Positions 11,922-24,444 of a stretch of 64,000 bases of DNA are shown here, in pieces (position 1 is the stretch's first letter; every line of letters starts with the position of its first letter). A program made the position numbers and the translations under genes. The stretch lies in the NCBI GenBank assembly GCA_965202585.1, contig OZ241827.1:70680001-70744000 (forward strand), in the 5' to 3' direction. Source of the DNA: Thalia democratica (Eukaryota). Below the pieces are notes generated by a model, which was given only the letters and a program-made list of their open reading frames with translations, had not been told where the DNA came from and ran no database searches.

Positions 11922-13709
11922 TTACATATTTTCTGAATCAAATCTATCATTTGTAGCCTTTTTTAAAAATATATCTTTATCTGGCCTGTCCGGTACATAG
12001 TCCTCCTGTAATTAACAAATAGTCAACATAAGTAAAAATGTTAAAAATATTTAAACAGAGTTGAATATGGTTAGTTTGAGTTTTTGTTAACAAAGTTACA
12101 ACTTAGGTAAATACTTTAATACAACTCACAATAACTAATTACGCTTATTTAATTGTTTGTCGTTCATATATCAAACTAATGCTAAATAAACTACGTTTTA
12201 CATACGTATGTTTCAATGTTAAAACTAGATTATTTTTTTTAGTTTTGATCAGCCTTAAACACTTATATTCTTTTAACTTACATAGAGCATGTTCATTCGA
12301 CACTGGTGCCTGAAGTCAACAATTTCCTTTTTGTTCTTCTTAATTTTCTTGCCAAATTCTTGCTCTTGTTTCAATTTAGTCAATCTCATCTTTAATAATT
12401 TTCTGTAACAGTTAAGATTTTTTTTAATCAAATTATTTTTACAGCCTTTTGTGAGACTTGTGAGGGGTTTTTCAATTTACTTGATATGCAAAATAGGGAA
12501 GCTATAATTTTTTAACAGAGAAAGCAGTTTAATACTTCATGTAAACAATAAATTTATATAACTTTTTAAGTAATTATCAGTTTTATTATTGATATTATTA
12601 GAAAAGTATGCTGGGTTTTTTTTAACATTATAAAACTCTTAATTTCAACATAAAGTATATGTAGTCACTTTAATAAAGCCTTTTTCGAAAAATTTCTTAA
12701 TAATAAGATAGTATAAAACTATACCTGCTACTTTCTACTTGTACTTTTTTTTAAATTTAGTTTAAAATATTTATTAGTTTAGACTTTTCAAAGAGTTTTT
12801 TATACTTTTAAACGCAAACTAAGTACTAAACAAAACCTTTTACAAAAATATTTTTTTCTACAATAACGAGAATATTTTTTTCATTAATTTACCTGTCGAA
12901 GTCTGACACTGACATACTGTCCAGTTTTCTATTTGTCTCTAATATTTCCATTCTCCTGTCTTTATCTAACTTGTCTTGAAGGAAGTTATAATATAAGGTA
13001 ACCCCTTCAAGTGAATCTTGTGTAGTTTCTAAAAGTTTTTGAATAATAATAATATATAATACTGTATCGAAACATTGCGTTCTTGCAAAAAATTAGCAAA
13101 AACTAAAATGTGCATAAGTACTGCAGTGAAATTAAATATTTAAGTGTTAAAAGTGTGTAATTCTAATTATTAGGTTTAGCTTTTACCCGTAATAAATCGT
13201 TTTCGTTGCAAGGCTCTGGGTGTTTCAGTATGTTGTGAAGAATTCAAATGCTTGTTTTGAACCTGCTGTTAGTTGAAAATAAATGTTAACAACCTTTTTT
13301 AAAAATGCCAAGTTTTTAACTTTCTTAAAATATGTTATCTTAAGGTTTTTTGAAAAATTTAAGAAAATACGACATGCAGAAATTGAAGCCATTTAAAACT
13401 AAGTAATCAATCTGTCGTTCTATATCAACTAAAATATTTTATAAATAGAGTTTCATTTTGTTTTAGAGACTTTGACTAAAAAAAGTTGACTAATGAACAT
13501 AACTATTAATAGACTGTTTCATGTTACTAACTTGTTATTAAGACCATTATTCCTTACTATAACATAACGCAGAAGCTCTTAAACATTTGTTTTAATAACA
13601 GCTACAAGCTATAAAAAAAGTTCAATATATCAAAGTTAAAAAAACAAACCTCATAATTCAAATTTTCCAATTGTGAATTCTCAAAACTTTTTGGTGCTTG
13701 GTTGTCCAT
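11922..13709 (-). CDS. Five-exon uncharacterised 158-aa protein (exons 13650-13709, 13187-13262, 12893-13028, 12282-12402, 11922-12005)
   Basis: All four introns are GT-AG and the phases join into one open frame (477 nt): MDNQAPKSFENSQLENLNYEVQNKHLNSSQHTETPRALQRKRFITETTQDSLEGVTLYYNFLQDKLDKDRRMEILETNRKLDSMSVSDFDRKLLKMRLTKLKQEQEFGKKIKKNKKEIVDFRHQCRMNMLYEDYVPDRPDKDIFLKKATNDRFDSENM. Family not recognised. Confidence 0.75.
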
Positions 13710-16700
13710 TTTTATACAATTTTAACTATCAATACACTAGACACTCTATAGATAAATTTTTAGTTAAATAAAAACTTTTTTCAAACAGGTAAAAGAAATA
13801 CTTATTTTATAAATCATACAGTGTTTTTGTTAATAAGTTTTTTATTGTCTTTTATAAGTATAAAGAAGAACTATTTATTTAACAATTAAGTTTTAATATA
13901 TATTAACATGTCAAAAAACAACAAAATGTAGTTTTATCATTTTATTAGTATGTATTACGTTATCAACAACGTTTTAGTTCTTTTATTATACTATTTACCT
14001 TAATAGTATGTAAATTTAGTAAAAAATTTCCTAGCTATTATGAATTAAAATGAAAATTTTTAGTACACATCAGCTATAAACTAACTCTATATTTAATAAT
14101 TAAAATATTTCGTTTGGAAAGTATTAAATTTAGAAGTTTCGGTATTTTTTTTTAATACTAACTCTTATATGTTGCTTTATTTGCTTTTTTATTGATAAAG
14201 AACCAATTTAAAACTTTAAAATTTTATTTATCTATCCTAACCTGATACTTTGAAACCAAAAACAAAGCTTAAAAACAGCTTCAACATAAGATTTTATTTC
14301 AAATGAATTAAAGCATAACAAGTGAATATATTACACACATTATGTTTGAAATTAACTTGAAATTCTTTAAGATGCTTCTAAAATAAATGAAAAACATGTT
14401 GCAGCATTTTTTTCTTAAGAAATTAATTTCTAAATTTAATGGTATTCAAATATTTTAGTTAATTAAACTATTTCGACTTTAAGTTAAGCTTTAATTTTTT
14501 TTTTTTTGATATTAATATATTACTAGGATAAATTTATTATAGCCTGGTAGTTTTAAAGTTTATTTAAACATGTTAGATTGATTATTAAGTTGTTAGTGAA
14601 TCTAAAGTAAAAGTTCTTAAATGTTATTTAAGTGATGGCATGGTCGTTTAGTTACAATGACTTAGTTAGTTTATAATAAACTTTAAATACACATCTCAAG
14701 AACTAAAGAAAATAAATATCAGGTTTACGGAAATTTGCTTTATCATAAGTCCATTTTCAAGTGGTTTTGTTATTTGTGAATATGTATATAATATGCTACA
14801 CATAAGTTATTTCTACAATTTAAAAAATAAAATTTACTATTTTTTACAAAATACTGAATGTATTTAAAAAACAACTGCAGTTATTAGCTCAAAAACATTG
14901 ACAAGTGTACTTAATTTACAATTTTGAGCTAAAAATAAGAAAATTATTGTAGAAATTCCTTTATTAATAAGCTATGTACAAAAAATATCATAATGTAGAA
15001 CTAAATACTTAAATAATTAAATTGGCTAGTAAAAAAGCTGTTTTTAAAGTGTTTATTTGATATTTAGTAGTTACAACTTAGCACTTCATATGTAAACCTA
15101 CTAAACTACATTTTACACTCAGATATTTTTTCAGTTAAAATCTAAACTTGTTTCTCTTTAGTAGCAAAAGACTTCGGAAAATCAAAACCTTGACCTAGAG
15201 CTGTCACGAAACCTCGGTTAAAACTTCTTTAATAAAAAGAATGTATTAGATTGAGTTCACAATTTATATAAGTTCCTTAACAATAAACATGTCAGCTAAT
15301 ACAATCGACTACTAACACAAGTTTTCCCAAAAGAGTTAACTTAGAAATTTGATAAACTAGTTATGAAACTATGTATTATATATTAAGATTACAAACAATT
15401 AAACATTTATTTTGATAATATAACTATAACTTACAAGCATAGAACATTTATATGATTCACAAACTTTTTGATTGTATGAAGTTAAAACTAAATCATTATT
15501 TTGAAGAAAACTAAAACAACAGCAAAACAATTTATTCTTAAAAATAGTTTGTTACTTTAACTCTTAGTTCAGAGGAACAAAAATAAACCATTTCCAAACT
15601 TTTGTTAAAATATTACTCTGTTTAATAATAAGTTAGTTGGTACTTTCATTGTGCTGAATTTAAATCTTTTGCTTGAATTCAATTCAAATCTAATAATATT
15701 CTTATAAAAACTATTCAACATTTTTTATAAGCTTCTTTTTCTTAAACCTTTATAGTAAAGCATTTTATACTTTTAGTTATATTAAAAACCATAATCACAT
15801 TTACAAGTGAGTTCTCAAATCAACTTTGAATGCTTGAATGATCATTAATAGATTAAACGTTTAACATTCAAAATTAAGCCAAATATATCTGAAGTTAAAT
15901 GAAAACAATACAAGGTTTTTTTTTTACTTTAAAAGTTTAAACTTTATTCAATATCAATGATCAAAATAATAGGTGTATATTAATTACAAAACTATATATA
16001 TTTTATTTCCGGTTAGTATGTAGACATGTTTGTACCATAAAATTGCTAAAAAACAGTAAAACTTTTTTTTTTTTGAAGCTCAGTAAGCTAAAGATAATAT
16101 AAGTGTTTAATTGTTTTTTAACACATTGTAAAATGCACATTAAAATTGTTTATTTTTAGAAAAATTAACTCAACAGAGAAGAATAAAAAATTAGTAACTA
16201 AAGTAAAGCTTTAAACTGTTACGAAAAAGTACTAGTCAAAAGTTGTATATTAATTTCTATAAGTTATCAAATCGTTTATAGATTCTTTTATATGGAATCA
16301 TTGCTAAAATACCAAAAAATATACTGTCCTCAAATATTCTTTTAGATCAGTAGATTAAAAACTAATTTGTGATATCGGAAAGAAAAAGCTTTATGCTTCT
16401 AATTTAATAGAAATACTTTATTGTAAAACTTAAATAAATAGCGCTTTAATCTTAAAAATTCTATGACATACTTTTCCTTACTAAAATTAGTGATAGACTG
16501 TTATTATTTAATCATTTTAAATAGTTCGTTTACTTTTATAATTATTGTAGTTACAACCAAGTAAAGTTTTAATGTTGTCTAAGAAATTTCAAAAGAATAA
16601 TATTGTGTTACTTTTTAAAATTGTTTAACTGTTTTGAACTTTACGAATTTTGAGGTTTAAAAACTGAATATTACAATATTTTCTTTTTGTACGTAAGCCT

Positions 16701-17879
16701 TAGATTACGTTGATCAAGTTAGAATAATTGTAGTACAGCTTGGTAAAGCAACTAAAAAAGTAAGTGTATGAAACACGTTTTATAAACATAAAAAACTCTT
16801 AAGCATTAAATATAACATAAAAATTTTGCCAAAACTAAAACTTAATTGCAGTTAGTATGTAGTTATTGTTTTTAAAAGCTTTTATTGTCTAAGTTCTATG
16901 CCATTTAACTATCACATAACAACTTTTGTTTAACTTTGATTTGACACTTGACGTTTGGTTCATAGATTCTGCTTGAGTCTATAACTTAAAAGTTTTAACT
17001 AAAATAAGTGGAATGAATAAAAAGCTTTTGATATAGTGAGTTTAAAACTTTTTCTTTTGTTTTGATACAATAATTTAGTTTAAAAGTAAATTATCATTAG
17101 AAGAAAAAATTTAGTGCACAACTAGAAAATATTTTTCAATTTTAACGAAACCAAAAACAAGTACTTTCTACTTTTTTTTATAAACTTTTTTACGATTTGT
17201 GAAAGTTTTATATTGTATTGTAAACTTTGTGATAATTACGTTCTCAGACAATTGAGATAATAAAATTTATAATAATTTCTATCAATTTATATATGAAAAA
17301 TTAATTTAAAGTCAATTCTTTCCAATGTTTTACCATTTTGCTAGTTTTATTTTAACGAAGATTTTTTTATTTAACTAAACCCAAAGAAATTATTAATTCG
17401 ACATTTAAAAGCTTTTGGATATATTCGACCGAATTTTATTTAGGTTTATCTTTATTTAGGTTTAGGTTTATTTTAGGTAAGCATTTCGTATACATTTAAT
17501 TTTGTTTTTGAACTACTAGCTCACGATTGTTATAAGTAAGTACTAAAATAAGAAATTAATGTATTAATATCTGTATAAAAAAAAAAGTTACAGAAAAGAG
17601 TAGTTGTTACAATAATATGAAGCTACATAAAAGTTTTATCTTTAAGCCTTGATAGCATGATAACTAATAGCAATAATTTAAATAATATTTACAAGCTTCA
17701 TAAGTAACAACTTATAATCAAGCATTAAAGTACTTATTATGCAATAGTCAAAGGGGCAAAATGTTAATTTCTATTTACAAACGAAAAAGATATAAGTCGA
17801 TTTACTAAGCTATAAACTAACTAGAAAAGCAATACAAGTATTAAGTGTTATTTAAATACAAAAATGAATGTAGAACTAA

Positions 17880-17990
17880 ATGTTCGAGCTGAAATATCAG
17901 CAAAAAACAAAAACAGTGTTGCCATTTTTAAGAGGTGTATAATCAAAGTCATAGAGTTCTGCTCCGTTCTTGGGAAATTATGGAAATTTA
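17880..17990 (-). other. Conserved post-stop element of A3
   Basis: Minus strand TTCCATAATTTCCCAAGAACGGAGCAGAACTCTATGAC...AAAAATGGCAACACTG...GCTGATATTTCAGCTC aligns with the A1, A2 and A4 elements. Confidence 0.6.
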
Positions 17991-18012
17991 TGGACATATT
18001 TCAGTGCTGCAG

Positions 18013-18141
18013 CTAGTTTTTCGGTCGGGGCGTCCCCGGTCTTTCTGTCGGAGTCGACGGCCTTGGTGGCGAGGGGGGCGGGGTCGGTTTTTTCACAGGT
18101 GGATCCCCCCAATCGTTTCTGTCTTCATGATTTCCGGCCAT
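18013..18141 (-). CDS. Pro-rich microprotein A3, 42 aa: MAGNHEDRNDWGDPPVKKPTPPPSPPRPSTPTERPGTPRPKN
   Basis: Acceptor AAATTCAG 22 nt upstream; AAA-ATG-GCC-GGA start as in A2; TPPPSP motif; TAG followed by CTGCAGCA like A2 (TAA CCGCAGCA). Confidence 0.75.
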   Translation of the reverse strand: MAGNHEDRNDWGDPPVKKPTPPPSPPRPSTPTERPGTPRPKN

Positions 18142-19128
18142 TTTCTTATCAGTGTTAAAACGTCTGAATTTAATTTAATGATTTTAATTAAAACATTAGT
18201 GTAAATGTTAGTGTTAATAATCATAGTACAAAAAAAAACTACAAATATTTCAAATATTTATTAAAATATTTTTTTTTGTACAGTTTTTTCATACTAATTA
18301 CTTTGTAAATAATTAGAAAGTGATTATAAGTTTATTAAAAGTTTCAATACTTTTTATATACTTAGCTTACAATTTTTTTATTTCACAGCACACAGAATAA
18401 ACATGGGGTTAAAACGTCTAAATGTTTTAGTTAAAAGTTATTTAAATTTAAATATAAAAGTTACTTTGAAATAGTTTTCGTTTCACGGCTTAAACATTTA
18501 TAGTACTATCTCAAAATTTTATTATTTAAGAAAAGTTTTAAAATTTTCAAATTAACAAAATATAAAACTTTTTTAAGTATGTTTTATTTTTAGTTATATT
18601 GGCTTATAATGTATTTATTAATTAAGCTGTTTTTTTTCGGCAATCTTAAATATTTTAAACACTTTTAAAAAATTGCATATATTTATAAAAACTAAAATTT
18701 CTTAAAGTTTTTTGGTAACCTTATAAATTTTTGACACTTAGATGTTAAATATTAGATAAAATTATTAAAGTTAAAACATTTGTTATATAATTTAATAAAA
18801 GTCTTTTAATGACTTACATATACTTCTGCTTAACAAATACTGTGAGCTTTTTAAGTAATAAAATCAAATGCAATCACTATCATTACTAAAAATTACGATC
18901 TATGAATTATTAAAAATATGATATAATGATTATATCAGTAATTTTTTAGCTTAAAAACAGCTATGTACTATTTCTATTTATTCAAAATAATTAGTAAATA
19001 AACTCTTTTCTCATATACACTTGTTATAAAAACAAACTGCTTAGGTATTTTAAAATAAATTTTGCCGTTTAGTGATAATGACAGCATTTGTAAATGAAAA
19101 TGATAATAGTTTAATATTCACTCGTTTT

Positions 19129-19264
19129 TATTTTTAAAAAGACATGTGACATTATCTGATTCATTTAGTGTAAAATATATTTTTAGTGAATAATAATAAC
19201 TTTAACCAGATGCTTTTGACTATAAGCAAACTATTCACTTATAAAAATTTATTATGCACAGCTG
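19129..19264 (-). promoter_or_regulatory. Core promoter of A3: three E-boxes plus degenerate TATA
   Basis: Plus-strand coordinates: CAGCTG 19259, CAGATG 19207, CATGTG 19143, then TAAAAATA on the minus strand. Spacings of 52 and 64 match A1 (51 and 64). Confidence 0.55.
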
Positions 19265-19663
19265 GATGAACACATAAATAAAAGCTGTTTAAATCGCTAT
19301 ATTAAGTTTTTTTGTCCCAAGTTTATATCTATAACTTTATAGCTTTTAGTCATAAAAGAAATAAAAAGGTTTGTAGTTAATGTTTGAAGCACTTTTTTGA
19401 TTTATTGATTAAAGCTATAAAACTCGTGATAAGCACATTTAAAAAGTGATAAAAAATCTTCTTAAAATGATTTTTTATGAAATCATGCCAGTAGACCTTT
19501 AATATTAACATTAAAATAATATAAGTCCTGATCTCAATATCAAACCTAACTTCAAGGTGACACAACTTCTATTGATCTCTTTATTAATTTTTTTTTTGAA
19601 ATCATTCACAACAATTATTTTTCTTTAAACCACATGATATTTGATTTACAATTCATATGATGC

Positions 19664-19684
19664 CACATGATATTCAAGTATAAA
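19664..19684 (+). promoter_or_regulatory. Putative core promoter of B1: E-box-N9-TATA
   Basis: CACATG ATATTCAAG TATAAA, about 840 bp upstream of the B1 ATG. Same geometry as the A promoters and as 25808-25830. Confidence 0.45.
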
Positions 19685-20519
19685 ACAAAACCAAAATCAG
19701 CTTAAAGTTCAGAAGCTTTTGTTTTTCTACAGTAGAAGCTATACGTTTATAAAATGAAACAGTTTGTTCTTTTTGAGTAGAAATAAAAGAACATCTAAAC
19801 TCAAGTTTATAAACATGATAACCATGTATCAGTGAAGAATTATGCAAGATAAAAATTTGTAATTAAGTATTATAATGTTTTATTTTTACTAAGTATAGTA
19901 ATATATATTTCTGCATAAGTAAGCGTAAATAAGTATAATATGAAAATAGAAAATTAGTAAAAATACAACTTTTTAGGTATTTTGTTTTGTCTAAAGAGTC
20001 TTTAAAAAACAAAAGATAACTACAACTAATATATGTTTTTATAATTTATCAATATACAATAGTGAAAAATTTTGTTAATGGGTTTTAGAAAATAGTCTAG
20101 TAAAGAAAATTAAACGAGACCTGTTAATGTAAATAAAAGTTAAAGCAAATTTTAAAGAAAGTTTTTTTTTGGGTTGTGTTTAAATCAAAATGTGAGTATA
20201 ACTATTTAAAATAAATCTAATTTATTAAACTTTATTTTAAAACTAAAAAAGTTATAACTAAGACTGTTTATTCATTAATACTAATTTATATCATTACAAT
20301 CAATTTTAGTGTATAAAGTTTATACGGTTTAATCTGAACCTATACACTTTGTTTAACTATTTAAAATTTTTAAGTATTTTAAAAAACTTATCTCTGTTTA
20401 TATAAAGTTATTTTTTAGAGAAATTACTACTACTTGAAAATTATACTTTAAAATATTATTTCTATAAAATATAAAAGTTTGTAGGTTAAAAAACAGTTCT
20501 ACTTACTTCTAATACTAAT

Positions 20520-20621
20520 ATGGAAATGGCAAACTGTGTACTGTACACTAAATCTAATGGTGATGAAGACTTTAAAGTATCGATTAAAGACAAAACCGAT
20601 CAAACAAAAAACAACGAATAA
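20520..20621 (+). CDS. Microprotein B1, 33 aa (31 aa from the conserved second ATG at 20526): MEMANCVLYTKSNGDEDFKVSIKDKTDQTKNNE
   Basis: Candidate acceptor AACAG about 23 nt upstream; aligns at protein level with the reconstructed B2 ORF; 5' leader and downstream region are homologous between the two loci. Confidence 0.6.
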   Translation: MEMANCVLYTKSNGDEDFKVSIKDKTDQTKNNE

Positions 20622-20713
20622 CCACTATCCACTTGTGACTTCACATTAAAATAACCACTGTCTACTTGTGACGTCACATTCAAATAACAACCATCAACTC
20701 ATGACATCATATT
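20619..20713 (+). repeat. Three 33-bp tandem repeats beginning at the B1 stop codon
   Basis: TAACCACTATCCACTTGTGACTTCACATTAAAA at 20619, TAACCACTGTCTACTTGTGACGTCACATTCAAA at 20652, diverged third copy at 20685. Homologous repeats at 26720 and 26753. Confidence 0.8.
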
Positions 20714-21142
20714 TCTGAACTTCTACTTATTGTACATACATAGACTATTGATTTTTACTTTTTTTACTGAGTTTAAAAAAAAAATTCAAGTAAATGCTAG
20801 CTGAAATATTTTTAATAACACTAAAGAGCTATAAGCAAGCAAACACTACTTTTAAATTTTATTTTTAACAAAGATAAAACCACTTTCTAATCTAAAGCAT
20901 TTTCTTTCGATTTAAATAAATCATTATATATGTATATTAAAATATATATATTAAAACTTCATAGCTTTTATTAATATGATAAACATAATTTTTTGAAATA
21001 TTTTTTTCTCACCAAATTTAGTAATTAAATTGAGTGAAGCTACTTTTCAAAGGAAAATAGTGTAAATAAACATATATTAAAACAATTTCAATATAAAATA
21101 TTAAGTTATATATTTTAAAATGTGTTTTATTTGTATTTAAGG

Positions 21143-21466
21143 CAGGGGTCGGCGAACTGCAGCCCTCAAAGCAAAAATCTGGGCCCGCGAGGTACTTTTT
21201 AACTAAAAACACACTTTTATAAAAACATATAAAATGAAAAACTTTGCAAATACAACTTACAATTAGGCTCTTGAATTAAGTTACTTAACTAGTGCTATTG
21301 TACTGCTTGTATTATAAAACACAAACTTTGAATCGTATTTTTCTATAAATTTCTATGAATATTTTTGAATATAAAAACTTGAAAACTTTTTTGTAAACAG
21401 TGCGGCCCGCGAGTAATTGATTTCTGAAAAATTAGCCAGCGAGTTACAAAAGGCTGCCGACCCCTG
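21143..21466. mobile_element. Non-autonomous hAT MITE, 324 bp
   Basis: TIRs CAGGGGTCGGC / GCCGACCCCTG and a perfect 8-bp TSD ATTTAAGG (21135-21142, 21467-21474). Confidence 0.92.
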
Positions 21467-24343
21467 ATTTAAGGTAACCACTTAAATTCCCAAGTACTTA
21501 TACCTAAAGTGGTTGTCTTTAGTTTATAACAACCCATAAAATGAAACATCTCAAATCAAAATATATTTATGTTTACACTTATGAACTGAAGTTTAATATG
21601 ATATTTTTATACTCAAGGAATTGAAGTTAGCTTTGAAAAGTTATGTTGTATTTAATATTAGAGATGTTCAATTTTCATAAAGTATTTATTAAACAACTGC
21701 TACTCTTTAACACATAATTGATGCAATAAAGTTTTTTCCTATCTTTTAAAGCAAAAGTAGACATACATTTTGTAAGCAGACTTTACTCTTAATAAGAAAC
21801 ACAAAGTTAAAAAAAATAACATTGTTTCAAGAAACTAAGTTTTTATTTATACTTGGAGCTTAATAAGCTAAAATTTGTATTAAAATTTCAGTTACTTATT
21901 AAAGTTCAACTACTAAATGTTTTTTATTTGCAAATTTTATATTTTAAATTTGTGATTTTCAGAAAGAGTGTGCTATTTTAAAAGTACAAAAATATATAAT
22001 AACTGGTGTATAGCTATAAAACTTAATAATAAAGATTAAGAAATTGATTAAAAGTTATAAATATAATGATTATCAATTGCTTTATTTACTAATTTTAGAG
22101 TATTTTAGTTAAAAAAGTTGGTTTAACAATAAAAGTAAGCAAATTGTTTAATAGATAAATAAATAATTAGTTTAAAACTATTTGTCTATGTTTAATAAAA
22201 AGCCAATAAGGCATTTACAACAAATGTATGTTCGTAAAGTTTTAAAATGATTTTAATTGATATATGCCCACAAAACTTACATGAAGTTGTATTAAGTTTA
22301 TAACAAATTCACACTAAAAATACACTGAAAATACAAATAAGTACAAGTTTGCCGAACGATGTTATCTTTTAAAACATCGCTTACAAATTTTTTTTTAGTT
22401 TTTTATGTTGTTTAGCTTATAAGTTCGAATCCGAGTATTAGATTAAAAAGCTGATTTAGTTTTTATGACAAACATGTGCGGTAATTTGTTCAGCACAGTT
22501 AGATGAGATAGTTTTATGATAACAAAAGAATTAAAAAGTTTTAGAAATAGAAATTAATACAAATAATCACTTTAAAATACTAAGATTATCTAAATCACAT
22601 ATAAAAAGGGAGAACTACTTGTTTTTTTCACTCGGTGATGTTTTAGTATTAGTTTATTATAGTGCTCTCCTACTAGCTACTGTATATACTAACTTTATGG
22701 AACGGGTTTAAAAAGCATAAATATTTTTTAACGCTTTAGACACTTGTTTTAAAATATTTATACAAATGTGTGTACAAAGCTGGTAAGTAAAATATGTTTC
22801 AAATGTTTTAATACCAAGGTTTTACTTTTTCAATTTACATTTGCACAGATTGGATTCTAAAGAACTATGTTGTTTTGTGAAACAGTATAACTAAAGATTG
22901 GTTTTTCGTAGTATATCCGTAGCTTTAATTAGTTCTTTTTCTCTACTTACGAATTTACAGATTTTAAACCTATGTTGCTGTTATGTATTTTCTGATGTGT
23001 TTTTGTGATCATCAAGATAGTATACTAATTTTATCAAGTTAAATAACAAATAAAGCATGTATTTAATTATAGTTAGAAAGGGTATTAATTTTAGAAACTC
23101 TTTGACATGTTTTTATCAAAAATTATTGATAAGCAAACATGATATTTAGATTTTTAATATTTTTTTACAGAAGTTACGATTAATTTTTATTTTAGTAAAT
23201 CTTTTAAAATATATGACATGATTATTTTGTTGATTCTGACTTTTTGTAACAGTTTAAAATTTTTGAATTTGAGTATTAAATAGAAATGATAAAAAACTAC
23301 TTAATATTGATAGCAAACAGCTGATGTTCTTTAATCAATATAACTAGATAAGATTAAAATAAAAGTAAGTAAAGAAAACATGTTTTAAATATTATACTTA
23401 ATATAAACACTTTATTTTGCATGTATTGAATTTTTACTTAAACGTTTGTTAGGACTCATGGTTTATGGCAATTTTACTGAGACTTTATATGTTAATTAAA
23501 CTTTTTTAACTACATTTTATTCATAAACTTACATTAAATACTTTTTATTTAACTTGGTGGTTCCAGTTAAAGTAAATATTAACAACTGTACCATAAGTAG
23601 TAATCTTATAATTTGATCACTTACTTTTGATTTGTTAAATAAAAACTAATGTTTCAAAGTAAACATATCGTAAAACAAACTTTCAAGCGTTAACATAGTA
23701 AATGTTTACAATAACTGAAATCAAGATAAAATCAGCTTATACTTTTATAGTTCATTCTAAGATATGTAGATGTGTTTTATAGTTTTTTATTTAATTATTA
23801 TTGTCTTGTTATATAATAGTTTTAATAATTAAAACATTAACACACTAAATCACTTTATTAGATTAATCTCCTATATGTTTAAAGTAAGTTATTTTTTGGG
23901 TTTTAATTGAACCATTTACAATATTTATTTAAACCTATCAAAGTTTTAAAAATTTAATATTTTTATATGTAAAAAACTAAATATATTAAATTTAATGAAT
24001 TAGGTGATACGAAACTTGGTTAATTATTTTAATATCAAAGTTTTAGTTACATTTGTTTTTATTATATAAATGTTATCTTACATTTTCAAACTATTCGTAA
24101 AAAGTTTTCATAACAATAAAAAACCATCAAAATAATTTTGATGTTTGCTGGTTAATAACTGGATAACCGACACTAAAAGTTTACTTTGTATAAAACATTA
24201 TTTACAAGCATAAACAGTAGCGCAAAACACTATAGAGTTAATCTTTGAAGCATTTATTTTGCTCAAATCTAAGATAAAAATGTTGGTTGATATTTACAAA
24301 TAAATAAAAGTTGAAAAGTGATTGAAAAAGCTGCTATTTTAAG

Positions 24344-24432
24344 TACAATGTTGCCATATTTTAAGATTTCCCAAATTTATAATCATGATCATAGTACTTA
24401 GCTCCATTCTCGGAGCAGTTTTTGCAACTGTA
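24344..24432 (-). other. Conserved post-stop element of A4 (predicted stem-loop)
   Basis: Minus strand TACAG-TTGC pairs with GCAA-CA-TTGTA; perfect inner hairpin GCTCC-GAGAAT-GGAGC. Confidence 0.6.
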
Positions 24433-24444
24433 GATGAATAACAA

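Noticed and set aside
17935-18204. Plus-strand 89-aa and 62-aa ORFs
   Set aside because: Antisense to microgene A3; they have non-ATG starts and no conservation at the peptide level.
20619-20717. Genome-wide TAA/TAG-to-Gln reassignment (ciliate-type code) as the explanation for in-frame stops
   Set aside because: The long ORFs (575, 443 and 357 aa) and all kinase exons contain no in-frame TAA or TAG, so the standard code applies.
22423-22433. B-box-like GTTCGAATCC
   Set aside because: No A box at a suitable distance and no cloverleaf or SINE body.
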